Below the pieces are notes generated by a model. That model ran no database searches. It saw nothing but the letters and a program-made list of their open reading frames with translations, and was not told where the DNA came from. This document shows positions 38,001 to 48,905 of a stretch of 64,000 nucleotides of DNA, piece by piece. Position 1 is the stretch's first letter, and every line of letters begins with the position of its first letter. Both the position numbers and the translations under genes were made by a program. This DNA comes from Podarcis melisellensis (Eukaryota): NCBI GenBank assembly GCA_964234715.1, contig OZ174276.1; one strand, written 5' to 3'.

Positions 38001-40307
38001 GAAGCTGTTAGAAGCCAGAGCAGCAGCCACTCTTAATAAGCCAAGCAGCCATTCTTTAAGTCAGGCAGAGGTATGTGCTGCTCTAGTTGTTCAGACACTA
38101 GTTTTTCCAGTAAAAACTAAAAATAATTTAAATCTAAAATATGACAATAATGGAAGTACACAAATATAAATATCACACAAATATAATACTTCAAAGAACC
38201 CTCCGGTTGGCTCTAATTGCAAAAGAAAAAGTTTTCCAGAAATATTTTCCTTGAGCAAGTTGGTGAAGTTTCTGAGTCAAAATCCACTTATTCTTCACCA
38301 TCTTAATGCAAAAAACAAAAAGTCTTGTGGTACTTTAAAGTAGGAGGATGGTATTCGATTAAATAATTGTGAGAGGGGAATGACTTCCACTTGTGCAAAA
38401 ATATTTCCCTCCTCTGCCCCCCTGCACCTCTCCCACGCTATCCCCAGATCTGCTCTAGAGAGTCGAAGGAACCCCCACAACAGATTTAGGGAGTACATTG
38501 GGGAGGGGGGAAGTATCGTTGCACAGACAGAAGTTGTTCTTCTCACACATAGAGGTATTTAAGAGTGCTCTGAATACAACCCTAACAAATTTACTATGGC
38601 ATAAGCTTTTGTGGACTACTACATCAGATGCCTGAATTGTTAACCCAAGTTAGCAGATACACACGGTGTGGGGGGAGTGAGTGAAGGAGAAAGTCAGCAG
38701 TGAGGTAAGCAGCAGGGGTAGAAAGAAATGCAATGCAAAGGGTACAGACTGTGGCAAATATATTAATGCTTAAAGTTGTCACAGTAACAATTCACAAAGT
38801 ATGGTTGATTATCATAAAAGCATCCTGACATTTGTAAGCTACTTCAACACACGCAATAGGACAAAACCCTGTTACCTTGATTTGGCTCACAGGTGACACA
38901 ACTGAACTTAACAATTCAGTAATTCATTGTAGACTTTATTACACATGTGGCCCAAAAGCACGAACATTTGTCAGACCCCTGAATCTTCTACGCAAAACAC
39001 TGAATCAAATTAATGGACAAATAGCAGCTTCCACAAGGGTTCTCTCAAGAATAAGCGAATCAATGCAAATAAAAGCTTTTCCTTATTTCAGGATTGGGAT
39101 GAAATGGTCCAGTTTGGAACTGGGCCCCAGTTGAGTAGCATATAAATATATTTCTAATAATCCAGTCTCTGGCTCTCTCATATATTTAACCTCACCAATT
39201 AGACTGGTCTGAACTATAGATTGAGCAAGTGTTACCTTCTTTCTTTTTTAACATTCCAAGTTGTTTTAAGTTTGTTCCTCTGATGAACTACAAACCTCTA
39301 TGTCTTGTTCTACACATTTTTAAGCAGGCTGAACTAGATTCTCAACCTCACTCTCATTATGTTACTCCTTGGGGAGTTTGGCAAGATGGGAATTAATCGG
39401 ATACTGTACCCTTCATTGTTCAGCATTTGGTGCTGGGCACAGCAGGTGGTGGGGAAAGATTCTTCCAAAGGAAGGACAGAGAAAGAGAATCTCAAGGAAC
39501 AGCAGCCAACAGTTGGAAGCCCTAATCATTCCAGTTTTGGACACGAAAGAAAAAGCTAGTTTAAGGGAGCGGGTGGAGGGAACGGAGAAAATCCACAGCG
39601 CCAGGGGGCAAAGAGCGCAAATGCAGAGTCACTGTGTGTCGAGTGGAGCCTACAAAAATAGCCCGAGGCTTTAAGGCAGACTTGCGGCACCGGGAGGTTT
39701 TTAAGAGGATTTGGGAGTTGAGGAGCGGAGTTGAGAGGTAGCCGGGAGGCCTCAAGACTTTCCTGGAAGGAACTCCAGGGGCTGAGCAACCGGTGCTGCT
39801 AAGTTCAGGCCTCCGCCGCGGACTTAAACCGACGTCCCTCCCGCCCGTGTTCACCAAACCAGGTGGTTATTACAGGTGTCCATGCACACGATACATTCAT
39901 ACACCCCCCACACGCATCCTCTGTCGGTGCATAATGCTTATGGGTGGAACAGCGGGTGTAAAGCACGTCCGTGAGAATGCAGAAACATGAGCGGCAATCC
40001 CGGGTTAAACTAACCCGGAATAATAAAAAAAGAAACGGGCGCGTGTGGCCTTGTAGGCCATTCTTCCCCTTCCCCAAGGAAGGGTTATCCCAGGCGGCTG
40101 GGCGAGGAAGCCGGGCGAGAAGGCACCTGTTGAAGACAGGGGGGGGGGGCGGCAGTGGCAGCGGGGGTAACTCGGGGGGGGCGCCCTATGGAGATGGTGG
40201 CGGGAATCAGCCGAGCGGCGGCGGCGGGCGACCCCCCGCGCTCCAGCTCCCGGGCTTACCCAAGTGAGAAGCGCCCCGCAGCGCCCGGCCGGGCCCGTCT
40301 CGCTCAT
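19891..40307 (-). CDS. HOOK2: Protein Hook homolog 2 (dynein adaptor, microtubule tether); 22 coding exons, 2172 nt, 723 aa
   Basis: Translated exons match HOOK2 (LQTFHVPSPC, DPSWFNE.WL, LLQLVLGCAISCE, YGNFDSQSR.YYFLS, KKLLLLQ, AEKW.FE, QSFLAQQRLATN). All introns are GT-AG and phases close. Confidence 0.96.
20470..20541 (-). CDS. HOOK2: HOOK2 exon 21 (72 nt)
   Basis: SDFEKTKSQQEQEEKLIITAWYNM. Confidence 0.95.
21288..21395 (-). CDS. HOOK2: HOOK2 exon 20 (108 nt)
   Basis: VIKKLDPKQQPHGVPLEIQALKNQLQEKDKKINHLE. Confidence 0.95.
21602..21705 (-). CDS. HOOK2: HOOK2 exon 19 (104 nt)
   Basis: TAKKIDELQQSLKKKDEDMRAMEERYKRYMDKACT. Confidence 0.94.
21908..21990 (-). CDS. HOOK2: HOOK2 exon 18 (83 nt)
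   Basis: EKLHEAHAELQKKKECLDELEPKVDSN. Confidence 0.95.
22238..22272 (-). CDS. HOOK2: HOOK2 exon 17 (35-nt short exon)
   Basis: SSLLQKKLEEHL; ttttag| and |gtaagt. Confidence 0.93.
24284..24371 (-). CDS. HOOK2: HOOK2 exon 16 (88 nt)
   Basis: LSQQQITELKVQVEELQRALQEQGSKAED. Confidence 0.95.
24909..25046 (-). CDS. HOOK2: HOOK2 exon 15 (138 nt)
   Basis: ETIVRLQHENKMLCAQELSYRLQQTELQGLLEESNRTKNQLEAQQR. Confidence 0.95.
25666..25735 (-). CDS. HOOK2: HOOK2 exon 14 (70 nt)
   Basis: DTILEEIASPVDNLAAEIMPAELK. Confidence 0.95.
26374..26520 (-). mobile_element. tRNA-Lys-derived SINE with CR1-like 3' tail (Squam2-like)
   Basis: - strand reads gatagctcagtcggtagagcacgagactcttaatctcagggtc... then gtggtcccttccaactctacagttctatga. 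Confidence 0.8.
27216..27303 (-). CDS. HOOK2: HOOK2 exon 13 (88 nt)
   Basis: RLIEERDALREANEELRCAQVQQKFLNQA. Confidence 0.95.
27898..28008 (-). CDS. HOOK2: HOOK2 exon 12 (111 nt)
   Basis: VQELHSKHADEALKAEKWQFEFKNLKEKFEALVKEKE. Confidence 0.95.
28366..28567 (-). CDS. HOOK2: HOOK2 exon 11 (202 nt)
   Basis: HSSDKVGRLEAMVDSYKKKLEDLGDLRRQVRLLEERN...QLEAHKRQ. Confidence 0.95.
28689..29014. mobile_element. Non-autonomous hAT (Charlie-like) MITE, young
   Basis: Perfect 15-bp TIR cagtgtttttcaacc; perfect 8-bp TSD ctatagaa at 28681-28688 and 29015-29022. Confidence 0.9.
30178..30318 (-). CDS. HOOK2: HOOK2 exon 10 (141 nt)
   Basis: LESSRDDFRARCEDLEKEVLELQHRNEELTSLAEEAQALKDEMDVLR. Confidence 0.95.
30437..30594 (-). 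CDS. HOOK2: HOOK2 exon 9 (158 nt)
   Basis: ISILVEEKNTLLLENKSLREQKSSLESDAAGLTGKKLLLLQTQIEQLQEENFR. Confidence 0.95.
32329..32463. mobile_element. hAT-type MITE
   Basis: TIRs caggggtggggaacctgt / acaggttccctacccctg; perfect TSD atatatac. Confidence 0.85.
32650..32730 (-). CDS. HOOK2: HOOK2 exon 8 (81 nt)
   Basis: SRKYYFLSDDLEETDDMRQRCHDLEQQ. Confidence 0.95.
32761..32788. repeat. (GTCA)7 tetranucleotide microsatellite near the branch region of HOOK2 exon 8
   Basis: Seen directly. Confidence 0.9.
32988..33050 (-). CDS. HOOK2: HOOK2 exon 7 (63 nt)
   Basis: LLNKDSSDTLSSETYGNFDSQ. Confidence 0.95.
33388..33455 (-). CDS. HOOK2: HOOK2 exon 6 (68 nt)
   Basis: DHIQQIMTLEESVQHVVMTAIQE. Confidence 0.95.
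34003..34135 (-). CDS. HOOK2: HOOK2 exon 5 (133 nt)
   Basis: VLGHQVPEQLLPDVALVGEVSDTAELGKLLQLVLGCAISCERKQ. Confidence 0.95.
35157..35207 (-). CDS. HOOK2: HOOK2 exon 4 (51 nt)
   Basis: VSNLKKVLQSVVEYSQD. Confidence 0.95.
35670..35742 (-). CDS. HOOK2: HOOK2 exon 3 (73 nt)
   Basis: DPSWFNETWLLRIKDDAGDNWRLK. Confidence 0.95.
36174..36259 (-). CDS. HOOK2: HOOK2 exon 2 (86 nt)
   Basis: LQTFHVPSPCAKEQDLASGVTIAQVLHKI. Confidence 0.95.
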
Positions 40308-40950
40308 GGCTCCGGCGCTGGAAGCCGCGGTACTCCGAGCGCCACGCCCCCTGCTGGCCTAGAGCGGCCCCTTGCGCAGCCCGCGCGTGACGTCAGCCGC
40401 CCGCGCCCCGCCGTCGGCAGCTGGGGCGGCACCGGAGAGGCTCAGCCCCGCCCGCGAGGCACCGAGACGCTCTAGGACGAGCGAGGGGGCGTCAGGCGAG
40501 CGCTTATGACTGTATATGGCGAAGGGGATCGCTCGTGGGTGGGGTCGGTGCTTCACTGCTGGGGCGCGGGGGGGGGGGGGACAGAAACCGAGGAGGTTCA
40601 GGGCCACCTGGGAGGCATGCCAGCTGCCTTGCTTTCTAAGCGTGTGGGCCGCTCGGTGGAAGTGAACTCTGCACATGCTCATGGTCACGTTTCTCTATGA
40701 CTTGTCCTACACGTGTTGAAAAGGTATTCCAGGAATTCTCAGTTTTCCGGGCCGTTCCAGCTCCACAACAAGACGCAGCATACTTGCCGAAGACTCTGTA
40801 GTAGTGTGTGTGACAACAAACAGCCGACTTTCTTAAGGGGGAAGATTTTTTAAACTGGATTGATGCAAAATGAAAGGGGGCGCTATGAGGGAACAGATGT
40901 TTCAGCACCCGGCGCTGCAGGACCACAAGCCCCCGCCGGGGGACAGCAGT
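39560..40950 (-). promoter_or_regulatory. CpG-island promoter of HOOK2
   Basis: Dense CpG and high GC spanning exon 1. Perfect CRE TGACGTCA at 40388-40395, Sp/KLF boxes, and GAS-type TTCCWGGAA at 39760-39768 and 40727-40735. Confidence 0.85.
40260..40307 (-). CDS. HOOK2: HOOK2 exon 1 coding part
   Basis: MSETGPAGRCGALLTW; Kozak gagccATG; donor |gtaagc; inside the CpG island. Confidence 0.92.
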
Positions 40951-41424
40951 GTGCCTTCAGTTGAGGCTCCTACCGTAGAGGAAACGACATGGGCGATGCC
41001 AGCTATGCAAAGCTTGTGTATGTTTGTGTGTGTGTGTCTGTGATTCGAAGGAATAACTTTCATGCCTACTGCTGCCAAGGAGTTTCATTTTATATGGGCA
41101 AGAAGAAGGCGGAAGAACATTGCCTGTTTCATATCCCAGCTGCTGAGGCTGAATCGAGAGTGTTGCAGTCTAAGGAAAAGGACTCAAATCCTATCTTACT
41201 CTTTATTCACTCTCCTTGCCCTGATGGGCCACACAATGCTGCTAGGTAGCATTTATTTACCTTTGGTTCCAAAAGCCACACTCTTTCTGCTGTATAGTTT
41301 TGTTTTTAAAGATTCCCTCTTTGACATCCAAACTTATTTGCTGATCTACTCAGTCACGAACCACAACTGTGGTGTACAGAGAGCACAGGGCTACTGTTTT
41401 ACTGGAGAGTAAGTCCCATTGAAA

Positions 41425-41781
41425 GGGACGCTGGTGGCACTGTGGGTTAAACCACAGAGGCTAGGATTTGCTGATCAGAAGGTCGGTGGTTCGAATCCCC
41501 GCGACGGGGTGAGCTCCCATTGCTCGGTCCCTGCTCCTGCCAACCTAGCAGTTCGAAAACATGTCAAAGTGCAAGTAGATAAATAGGTACCACTCCGGCG
41601 GGAAGGTAAACGGCGTTTCCATGTGCTCCTCTAGTTCGCCAGAAGTGGCTTACTCATGCTGGCCACATGACCCGGAAGCTGTACGCCGGCTCCCTTGGCC
41701 AATAAAGCAAGATGAGCGCCGCAACCCCAGAGTCAGTCACGACTGGACCTAATGGTCAGGAGCCCCTTTACCTTTACCTTT
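41425..41781 (+). mobile_element. Sauria SINE (Squam1/POM-like), full length
   Basis: gggacg head, B box ggttcgaatccc and (ACCTTT)n tail; perfect 15-bp TSD gtaagtcccattgaa at 41409-41423 and 41783-41797. Confidence 0.93.
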
Positions 41782-42964
41782 CGTAAGTCCCATTGAACTG
41801 GGTTGGACTAATTCCTGCATAGGATTAGCCAGCAGAGCCCATCAAACACCACAAAGTACCGCAGAACAAAAACTATCCAAATGGATCCGGGGACTTTTAT
41901 CAGCCTGGGGGCCACATTCTCTCATGGACATATTTCTTGGGGCCACTTGCATTGCTGAGAGGGGCCAGAGGAAAGTAGGTAGGATTATGGGTGTGATTCT
42001 TTGCCTTTGTACAGTAAGCCACATTCTAGGCATGCCAAAGGCAGAGATTTATATACACACATCTCTATCTAGGCAAGGGCCATTTTTACAGTTCAAGAGC
42101 ACTTTCCAGCCAGGCAAAAACTTTTGAAGAGAGTGTGGAGGAGGGGCATGGCTTGGGGACAGTTCAGAAGATGGAAAAAGGGCCACATTTGACTTCCAGG
42201 CCTAAGGTTCTCCCACCTGACCCAGACAGACTTGCCAGCTATCAGGAAATCCTCACATTTTAGGTAAGTCCTGGGTTTGGAGCTTGTTTGGTGTTCTAAG
42301 TTCTTATTTAAGGAAAACCATCTTGGGTGTGTGAAATATTTATTTGTTACACGTGCATATCACCTTTCCAAGGCACATAGCACTGTGTTTTTATCCCAAA
42401 GCAGCCCTGTGAGGTAGGATAGGCTGAAAGATTGCCGTTCTCTTATGGCCACCCAGTCTGCTTCATCATTAAGTAGCGATGAGACTTTTTGCTTCTCACA
42501 CCCCAGTCCAACACTCCTGCCTATTGTGCCACACTAGCTGCCGAGGAGCATTTGGCAAATGTATGCCTCCTCAACAGGAGCCTTGTGTTTTATTCTCTCA
42601 CATCCCCCACCTCATGCAACCGCGGAGATGAAAAACAAACTCCATGTGGGAAAGTTCCCAGCCGGGTTATTTTGGCTGCCTTGGGTGGAAACGTGTTATC
42701 GGCCTATGTGACTCAGGAGCAACTCAGACACCGTCTGCTCCCAGCTTCCCTTCCTGGGATGGCCTGGTATTAACCCATCCAGGGCTAGCAGGAGGTCAGT
42801 TCTGCTTCAACAAGCTTGCCCTGAGGCTGTAAGGAAGGAACATGGGCTGTTTTTGTCCATGTCGTGCTTCGGCTGGTTTGGGGTGGCTTTCAGTCTTGAG
42901 CCTCACCACTGCTCTCTGAGAGTTGATGTAGTAGACTGGCAAGGAGGAGTGTGAACCGTGACCC

Positions 42965-43180
42965 AGAGCCTGTGTGATGGTTAGTGTGTTGGACTAAGAC
43001 CTAGTAGACCTAGGTTCTTCAAATCCCCACTCGGCCATGAAGCTCACTAGGTGATCCTCAGCTTAACCTACCTCACAGGGTTGTTGTGAGGATACAATGG
43101 AGTGGGAGAACCATGTACTTACTCCATGCTGAGCTCTTCAGAGGGAAAAAAATGTGGGATTGAAATGTAATAAATTAATT
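42965..43180 (+). mobile_element. MIR/CORE-like tRNA SINE, old. Other copies on the - strand near 34500-34705, 42360-42540, 45955-46160 and 63690-64000.
   Basis: A box gtgtgatggttagtgtg, core aacctacctcacagggttgttgtgagga, AT-rich tail. Confidence 0.65.
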
Positions 43181-45385
43181 AATCCCCAGTTTGAATCCCT
43201 CCTCAGTCACAAACCAGGGCCTCAGCGGATTCTTGATCCCATTCCTCAACCCCATTCTTTGTGTTTCTTTACAGCATTCAACCCCAACAGGATTGCCACC
43301 AGCTTTTTTTTTTATTAATTCTCAGTCTAATTTGTTTTTATATGACATTTAGTTGTTTTTTTAATTCTAAGTTTAATTTGTTTTTATATGGCATTTTTAA
43401 TATGGCATTTATCTTTGGGCCTTTCCCCACCCCCCTGTAGAACTGGCATTTCTCTGTCTTCCTCCCTCCCTTTCCTAACCGCACTGTAATACTCCTTACT
43501 GTTCAGGCAAGTCTTGGCATCCTTCAGGGCTTTATGTTGACAAGGAAATCTGCCCAAATCCACAAATGGAGTGTCTAGAGTGGGACTTTCTGGCAGGGAT
43601 TTCCTTGTACGCAAGGGAGATGAAACTTGCACAGCATGCCTTATTCAGCCTTGCAAATTCTAGTCAACTAAAATTATTAATCTGTAACATATTTTTTTTA
43701 CTTGCCCACCTGACCAGAGAGTTACTGGATTAGTGATTTGTGGTGTAAAAGAAACAAGTGCTGTAAACATCCCTTGCTAGTTGCCTGGAAGCATTTTTTA
43801 CCGCAAGCAACCAGGTGAATGAGTATTTACAAGCGAGCACAGAATCGTATTATTACTGCCCCTCCTCAGACATTCTCACACACCTTCTGTGCATGTTCAC
43901 TTGCGCACACACTTTTGCTCTCATCTTTCTTCAGACACCATGTAAATAAACATGCTTTGTGACAGCTGTGAGGATGCTCATGTTTTATAGCATGTTATAG
44001 ACAGTACATACACTGATGCACTTTCCCCCATACTGTACCACTCAAAAGACAAGACCTTCCACATTCTGCATCAGTTGCTCGCAATGCACCACCACTCTCT
44101 GCACATTTGCAAAACATAAAAGCAACACTGTTTTCAGCCAAACGTGCACTGTGCGCTAAACATATGCTGTGCCATGCTTTACACTAAGAGTTCCTCACCC
44201 CCCACAAACACACCCACAGGCTGTAGTTAGTATACCCCTACATACTCCCACCTACCCTCTGCAGGCTTTGACAAGTCCCCCTATCACAAACCCCACACCA
44301 CGTATATCACCCTCTCTGTGCACATATACACACACCCTGTCTCTGGCGTGCGGTTCCTTGGCAGCTGTTCTGCTCTAGGCACGTCCTAGTTGGAGAAGCC
44401 GCCCACACTTAAAAACAGATGATTTCACAGAAAAGCAAACAGGGGAGGCACAACAGGGGAGGAAGAATATTTAGGAATGGGAGTCAGAGGTCAGGAAAAG
44501 GGTCCTTAGCTGTCATTGTTTAGATACTTTGGCTGCTTTGAAGCAATCTCTCTGATTGTGGGGAATGGGAAAACAAGAGAAGAGGTTGGGTGTCTTAGAA
44601 TATATTTATATAGCAATTCATTGCTTAGAACTGGTGTACAATTGCCTCTGAAGTGTGGTGCATTACCCATTCGGACAGAACGGAACAACACCCAGCTCTG
44701 GAACAGGAAGTGATTAATTCCATGAAGAGCAGCCAGGGAATTTTAGGGAGCAGGAAGAGCAGAAACGGCTGGCTGGGCAATGAGCCAGAATTCTGGGGCT
44801 TGTACCCCAGCTCCAAGCCAATGTGTTTGGGCTTAGGGGTTATATGACTTTTGAGAACCAGGATACTCCACTCCCTTTGTGCCACAATAGGATGCTAGGG
44901 TGAGGGCTGGTTCTAAGTGGACATAGGCACCCGCAGCCCAAGATCCCCCCAAATCCACTCTCTTTTCTGTGCCCACTGCTTGGGCCTCAGAAGTCTGCAG
45001 CCAGCCCTGGCTCCTTACAAAACTGCCTCTCAAGCATCCCTCCCTCTCTCCCAACCAACTCAAGGCGTCATCTGTTCCGTCTGGTCTCTGCTTAGCGGTG
45101 GTATTCCAGCAGCTGGCAAAGCTGTAAACAGGCAGGTAGACAAGCCAACACCCCAGTGCTGAAGCCAAGTTGCTCCTACCTGGTCATTAACTCCCAGTTT
45201 GCTAATGACCTTTAATAGCTGCTAATTACAGCCTGGGCAAGGGAGGGACACAGCCAGGTGCCAGTGTCCAGATCAGAGAGATCCAAAGCATGTTTAGGGG
45301 CAAGGGATGCTGTAGGGCCGGAGAGGGTGGGAAGGGAAGAAGCAGACCCAAAGGAGAAAGAGAGAGGTGGAGAATGTGTGAGTTG

Positions 45386-45540
45386 GGGAAGGGCTGTACC
45401 TCACTGGTAGAAGGTCCCAGTTTCAATCTCCAGGTAGGGCAGGGAGAAGTCCCTCTCTGAAGGCCTGGAAAGCTGCCTGTCAGCATAGTATTGAGCTGGA
45501 TGGAGCAATGGTCTAACCTGGTATGAGGCAGCTTCCTATC
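45386..45540 (+). mobile_element. Squam3-like tRNA-derived SINE (degenerate)
   Basis: ggggaagggctgtacctcactggtaga head; ...tgagctggatgga.caatggtct.ac..ggtat.aggcagcttcctat tail. Confidence 0.65.
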
Positions 45541-48500
45541 TTTTTACGTCCCTTGGTGGACTGACTTTGGAGGCAGCTGTCCCAGGGGGACACAGCTGAA
45601 TGAGCCTATCACAGCAAGGCCTCTGCTTTAGTCTCCAGTTGGGATTTCCCAGCTGGCAGTGAGGGGCGGACAGAGTCAATTTGGGGCTGTCCCCAAGGTC
45701 AGAACAGGGAACTACATAAATGATCCAGCAATAAAGTCACCCACCCCATTTCTGGACCATTCAATGCCCCTGTTTAGGTTGGGATCTGCATAGGGCAGGA
45801 TCTTGTAGTCTGAGATTAGCAGGTGTTGGGGGAAGGAGAAGAGGATTGCAGCAATGAGGCATGGACTACTTTCCCTTATGTTGAACAGGGTTGTTATTCT
45901 GTCAATCTGCCATATCTACTTTTGGAGCACCTCTAGGATGCACCTTTATCTGTCTATTGCATTTATATCCCACTGTTTTTCCTCCCTTGCCTTCCTCCCA
46001 TGGTTCTCCCTTGCCTCATTTACACCTCACAACAATCCTGTAAGGTAGGTTAGGCTAAGAGGCAGGGAATGACCCCAAGACCCCCATTGAGCTTCATGGC
46101 TGAGTGGGGATTTGTACCCTGGTCTAGTCCAACACTGGCTCTAACCACTATACTACACATGGGTGAGGATGAGATGGAGATGTCTTCCCGAATTGCTCCT
46201 TCCTTAGAGCCAAGAAATCCATAACTGTTTGGCCGCTGTGAAGTGGGAGAGCATTCGCAGTGAAATTAGTTGCAGCCAAGAGACAGTAAAATATGTCTTT
46301 GGGCTGTCCAAAAAATCAGAGTGCTTGGACTGGGATCAAAACTCTTCCACGCATCTCTCTCCTCCTCCTCCTCCTCACCCAGCAGATGTTCTCATCAGAG
46401 ACCCCTCTCCCACCCTTGCCAATGCCCACTTCAGAGCAGCCACAGCTCTGACCCCGGCTAGCATACAGAGCCTTTCCCGGCAGGCAAGTGGCTGAGCCCA
46501 GGGCCCTGCTGGGAAGGGAAGTCTGCTCTCTGTGACTCATGCACTGGGCGAGGCAATCCCCCCTCCCTTCGTGACCGCAGCCACCACCAGGCTGTAGTCC
46601 AGATAGCAGCGGGGAGGAGGGAGGTGAAACACAGCACGCATGCACGCATGCACACACACACAAGAGAGCTCAACTCAATCCTTCCCTCCTTCGCTCTGTA
46701 TACTTGGATGGCTCCCCTAGAATCCCCATGTGTTGCAGGCAGTGTGCTTGCCATAAGAGCTGTACACTACTTTCTAATGTGCACATACAAATGTTTGTTT
46801 AGGGCTGTGTGTGCGTGCGTGTGTACGTGCAAGCATGTATACAGAGCATCTGGCCTTGAAGGCATATGTGGTGTGTATGTGTTACAGAAGAGGAGTGGCA
46901 TACAAATGTTGTGTTTTATTTTTTAATGCATCCTTTTTCTGTAACATGGCAAGTAGTGTGTGTGTTATGTCTGGCTGGGTTGCATATAGTGTGTCTCTGG
47001 GTGTACACACACACACCTTGGATTTGTGAATGGTGCTCTGTTACTGCAGCCCTATGTTTTGTGCTTGTGGACTTGGATCCCCAAGTTCTCAGGCTGTGTA
47101 CACGTGTATACATTTCTGAAAACTGTGCAACCGCTTGGATTTATGAGTTTTGCTGTATGTAGTACCACAAACTTCTGTCCATTTTGCCCTGTACATCATT
47201 TAGGATAACTATTTCCATGGTTTTGTTCATTGCCTATGCGTTACCTCCAGTGCAGTGTGTCACGTATGTTCTGTGACCGTGTGTCTTTCTGGGAAGTGTT
47301 GTTTTGTGTGGTTGTGCCTCTGTGGCTGTCGGGCTAAGTGCATCTGAGGCTTCGCTACAGGTAAAGGCAGGTGGTGTACCCAGTGACCTTGTTTCCTTCA
47401 CCCCTTGCTGTGGCATGCGAAGGGAAGCAGTCGGGACTTGCAGTGGGAGGAGAACAGAGAGAGGAGCCCGGCTAGCACAGTTCCCCGTTCCCATGACAGC
47501 AAGGAGACCGTGAATTGGGACATATCCCCACACCCATTATGGCGCAAGTTTTTGCTTATGTCACACACCATTGCCATGGTAGCAGCTGCTTCCTTTATTG
47601 TCTGGCAGATCCCGGGACCTCAACAATGAACTTCCTGTCATGGGAGGGAAGGAGCTTCCCAGCTGGGGGTGGAAAGGGAAGGGGCAAAGGTGACTGCTAG
47701 GACCTGAGGCCTTTCTACCTAGAGGGCTTTGGGTTCAGCCAGCTGCATAAACCACGTACCAAACAAGATCCACTGCCAGCACAAGATCCACTCCTCAAAT
47801 TCTAGCCGTTTCCCACCCCCAATCACTTTTCTTCTGCCAATAACACAACATGTACATGGCTTATCCTCAGTGTGGTGTTCCTTGTTGTTTTGGATAGCCC
47901 CAAAGTCCAGACCCTTATGTCTTTATAGGTTGCCTCCCTGCAGGGGGCAGGCCTGGTGCCAGTGTGGAGCTTGATATTTGAGAACATACCCCCCACTCCC
48001 AGCTTCCCTCTCTTAACTGGGCTTGGTCTAGCACAGCTGCTGGGAAAGGGAGCGGAGCTGAGCTGACGCAGGGATAGTGTGTGGGGAGCAGCTCCCAGGC
48101 CTTGGAGTGCAGCCCAGTTTGAGTTAACCCTTCCCTGAGCCCCAATGCAGGATGTGCCAATCTGTGGGGGAGGCAGCACTTGCTTCCAGCTCTGTGGGCA
48201 AATGGCAGTGATTCACCACGGGATCCACCCACCCACCGTCCAGGATCCCCAGCTGTGTGCCATCGCAATGGGGAGCAAGGAGTAAGCCACCAAGGGGGCA
48301 AAAGAATGGGGCAAAGGCAAGTACATAGAAACTGAATGAGAAGCATAGTGCGTTACTGGCACTTCCTAAAGAGAGAATGCTTCCACATCTCTTTGCTTAC
48401 TTACTAGGCACATATTTGACATGGATCTAAGATGATTTAGAGGGGAAAGAGGTGTTGTATCCAGTTTTCAAGCCCTCGTGTCCCACCTTCTCCCACATCA

Positions 48501-48795
48501 GCCAGCTCTCCTAGCTGTGGTCTGGAATTGAATCAATATGTACACAGGGCACTTCCAAGTTGTTGCTGTTTTCAGGTGGGATTTGACCACATTCTAGTAA
48601 TTATTCAGGTTGAGTAATTATAGTTGATTGAGCAGGGGGTTGTCTTGCGCAACTCACCTGCTCTCCCAAAAGATCGTATTTTTGGCGATAAAGAAAGTAA
48701 TGGGGAAATGCGCTTGGAAGTGTTGGATGGCGCTTGTTTTGATGCAACATCATCTAACCTCCCTATGAACAAATCAGAACGAATGCTCCTTAAAT

Positions 48796-48905
48796 CAGGT
48801 CTGGGGAACCATTGACCTCCGGATGTTGCTGAACTACAACTCCCATCAGCATTAGCAAGCATAGCCAATGACCCTAATTGATGGGGCTTGTAGTTCAGCA
48901 ACTAA
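48796..48905. mobile_element. hAT-type palindromic MITE fragment
   Basis: gatgttgctgaactacaactcccatca / tgatggggcttgtagttcagcaac arms. Confidence 0.7.
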
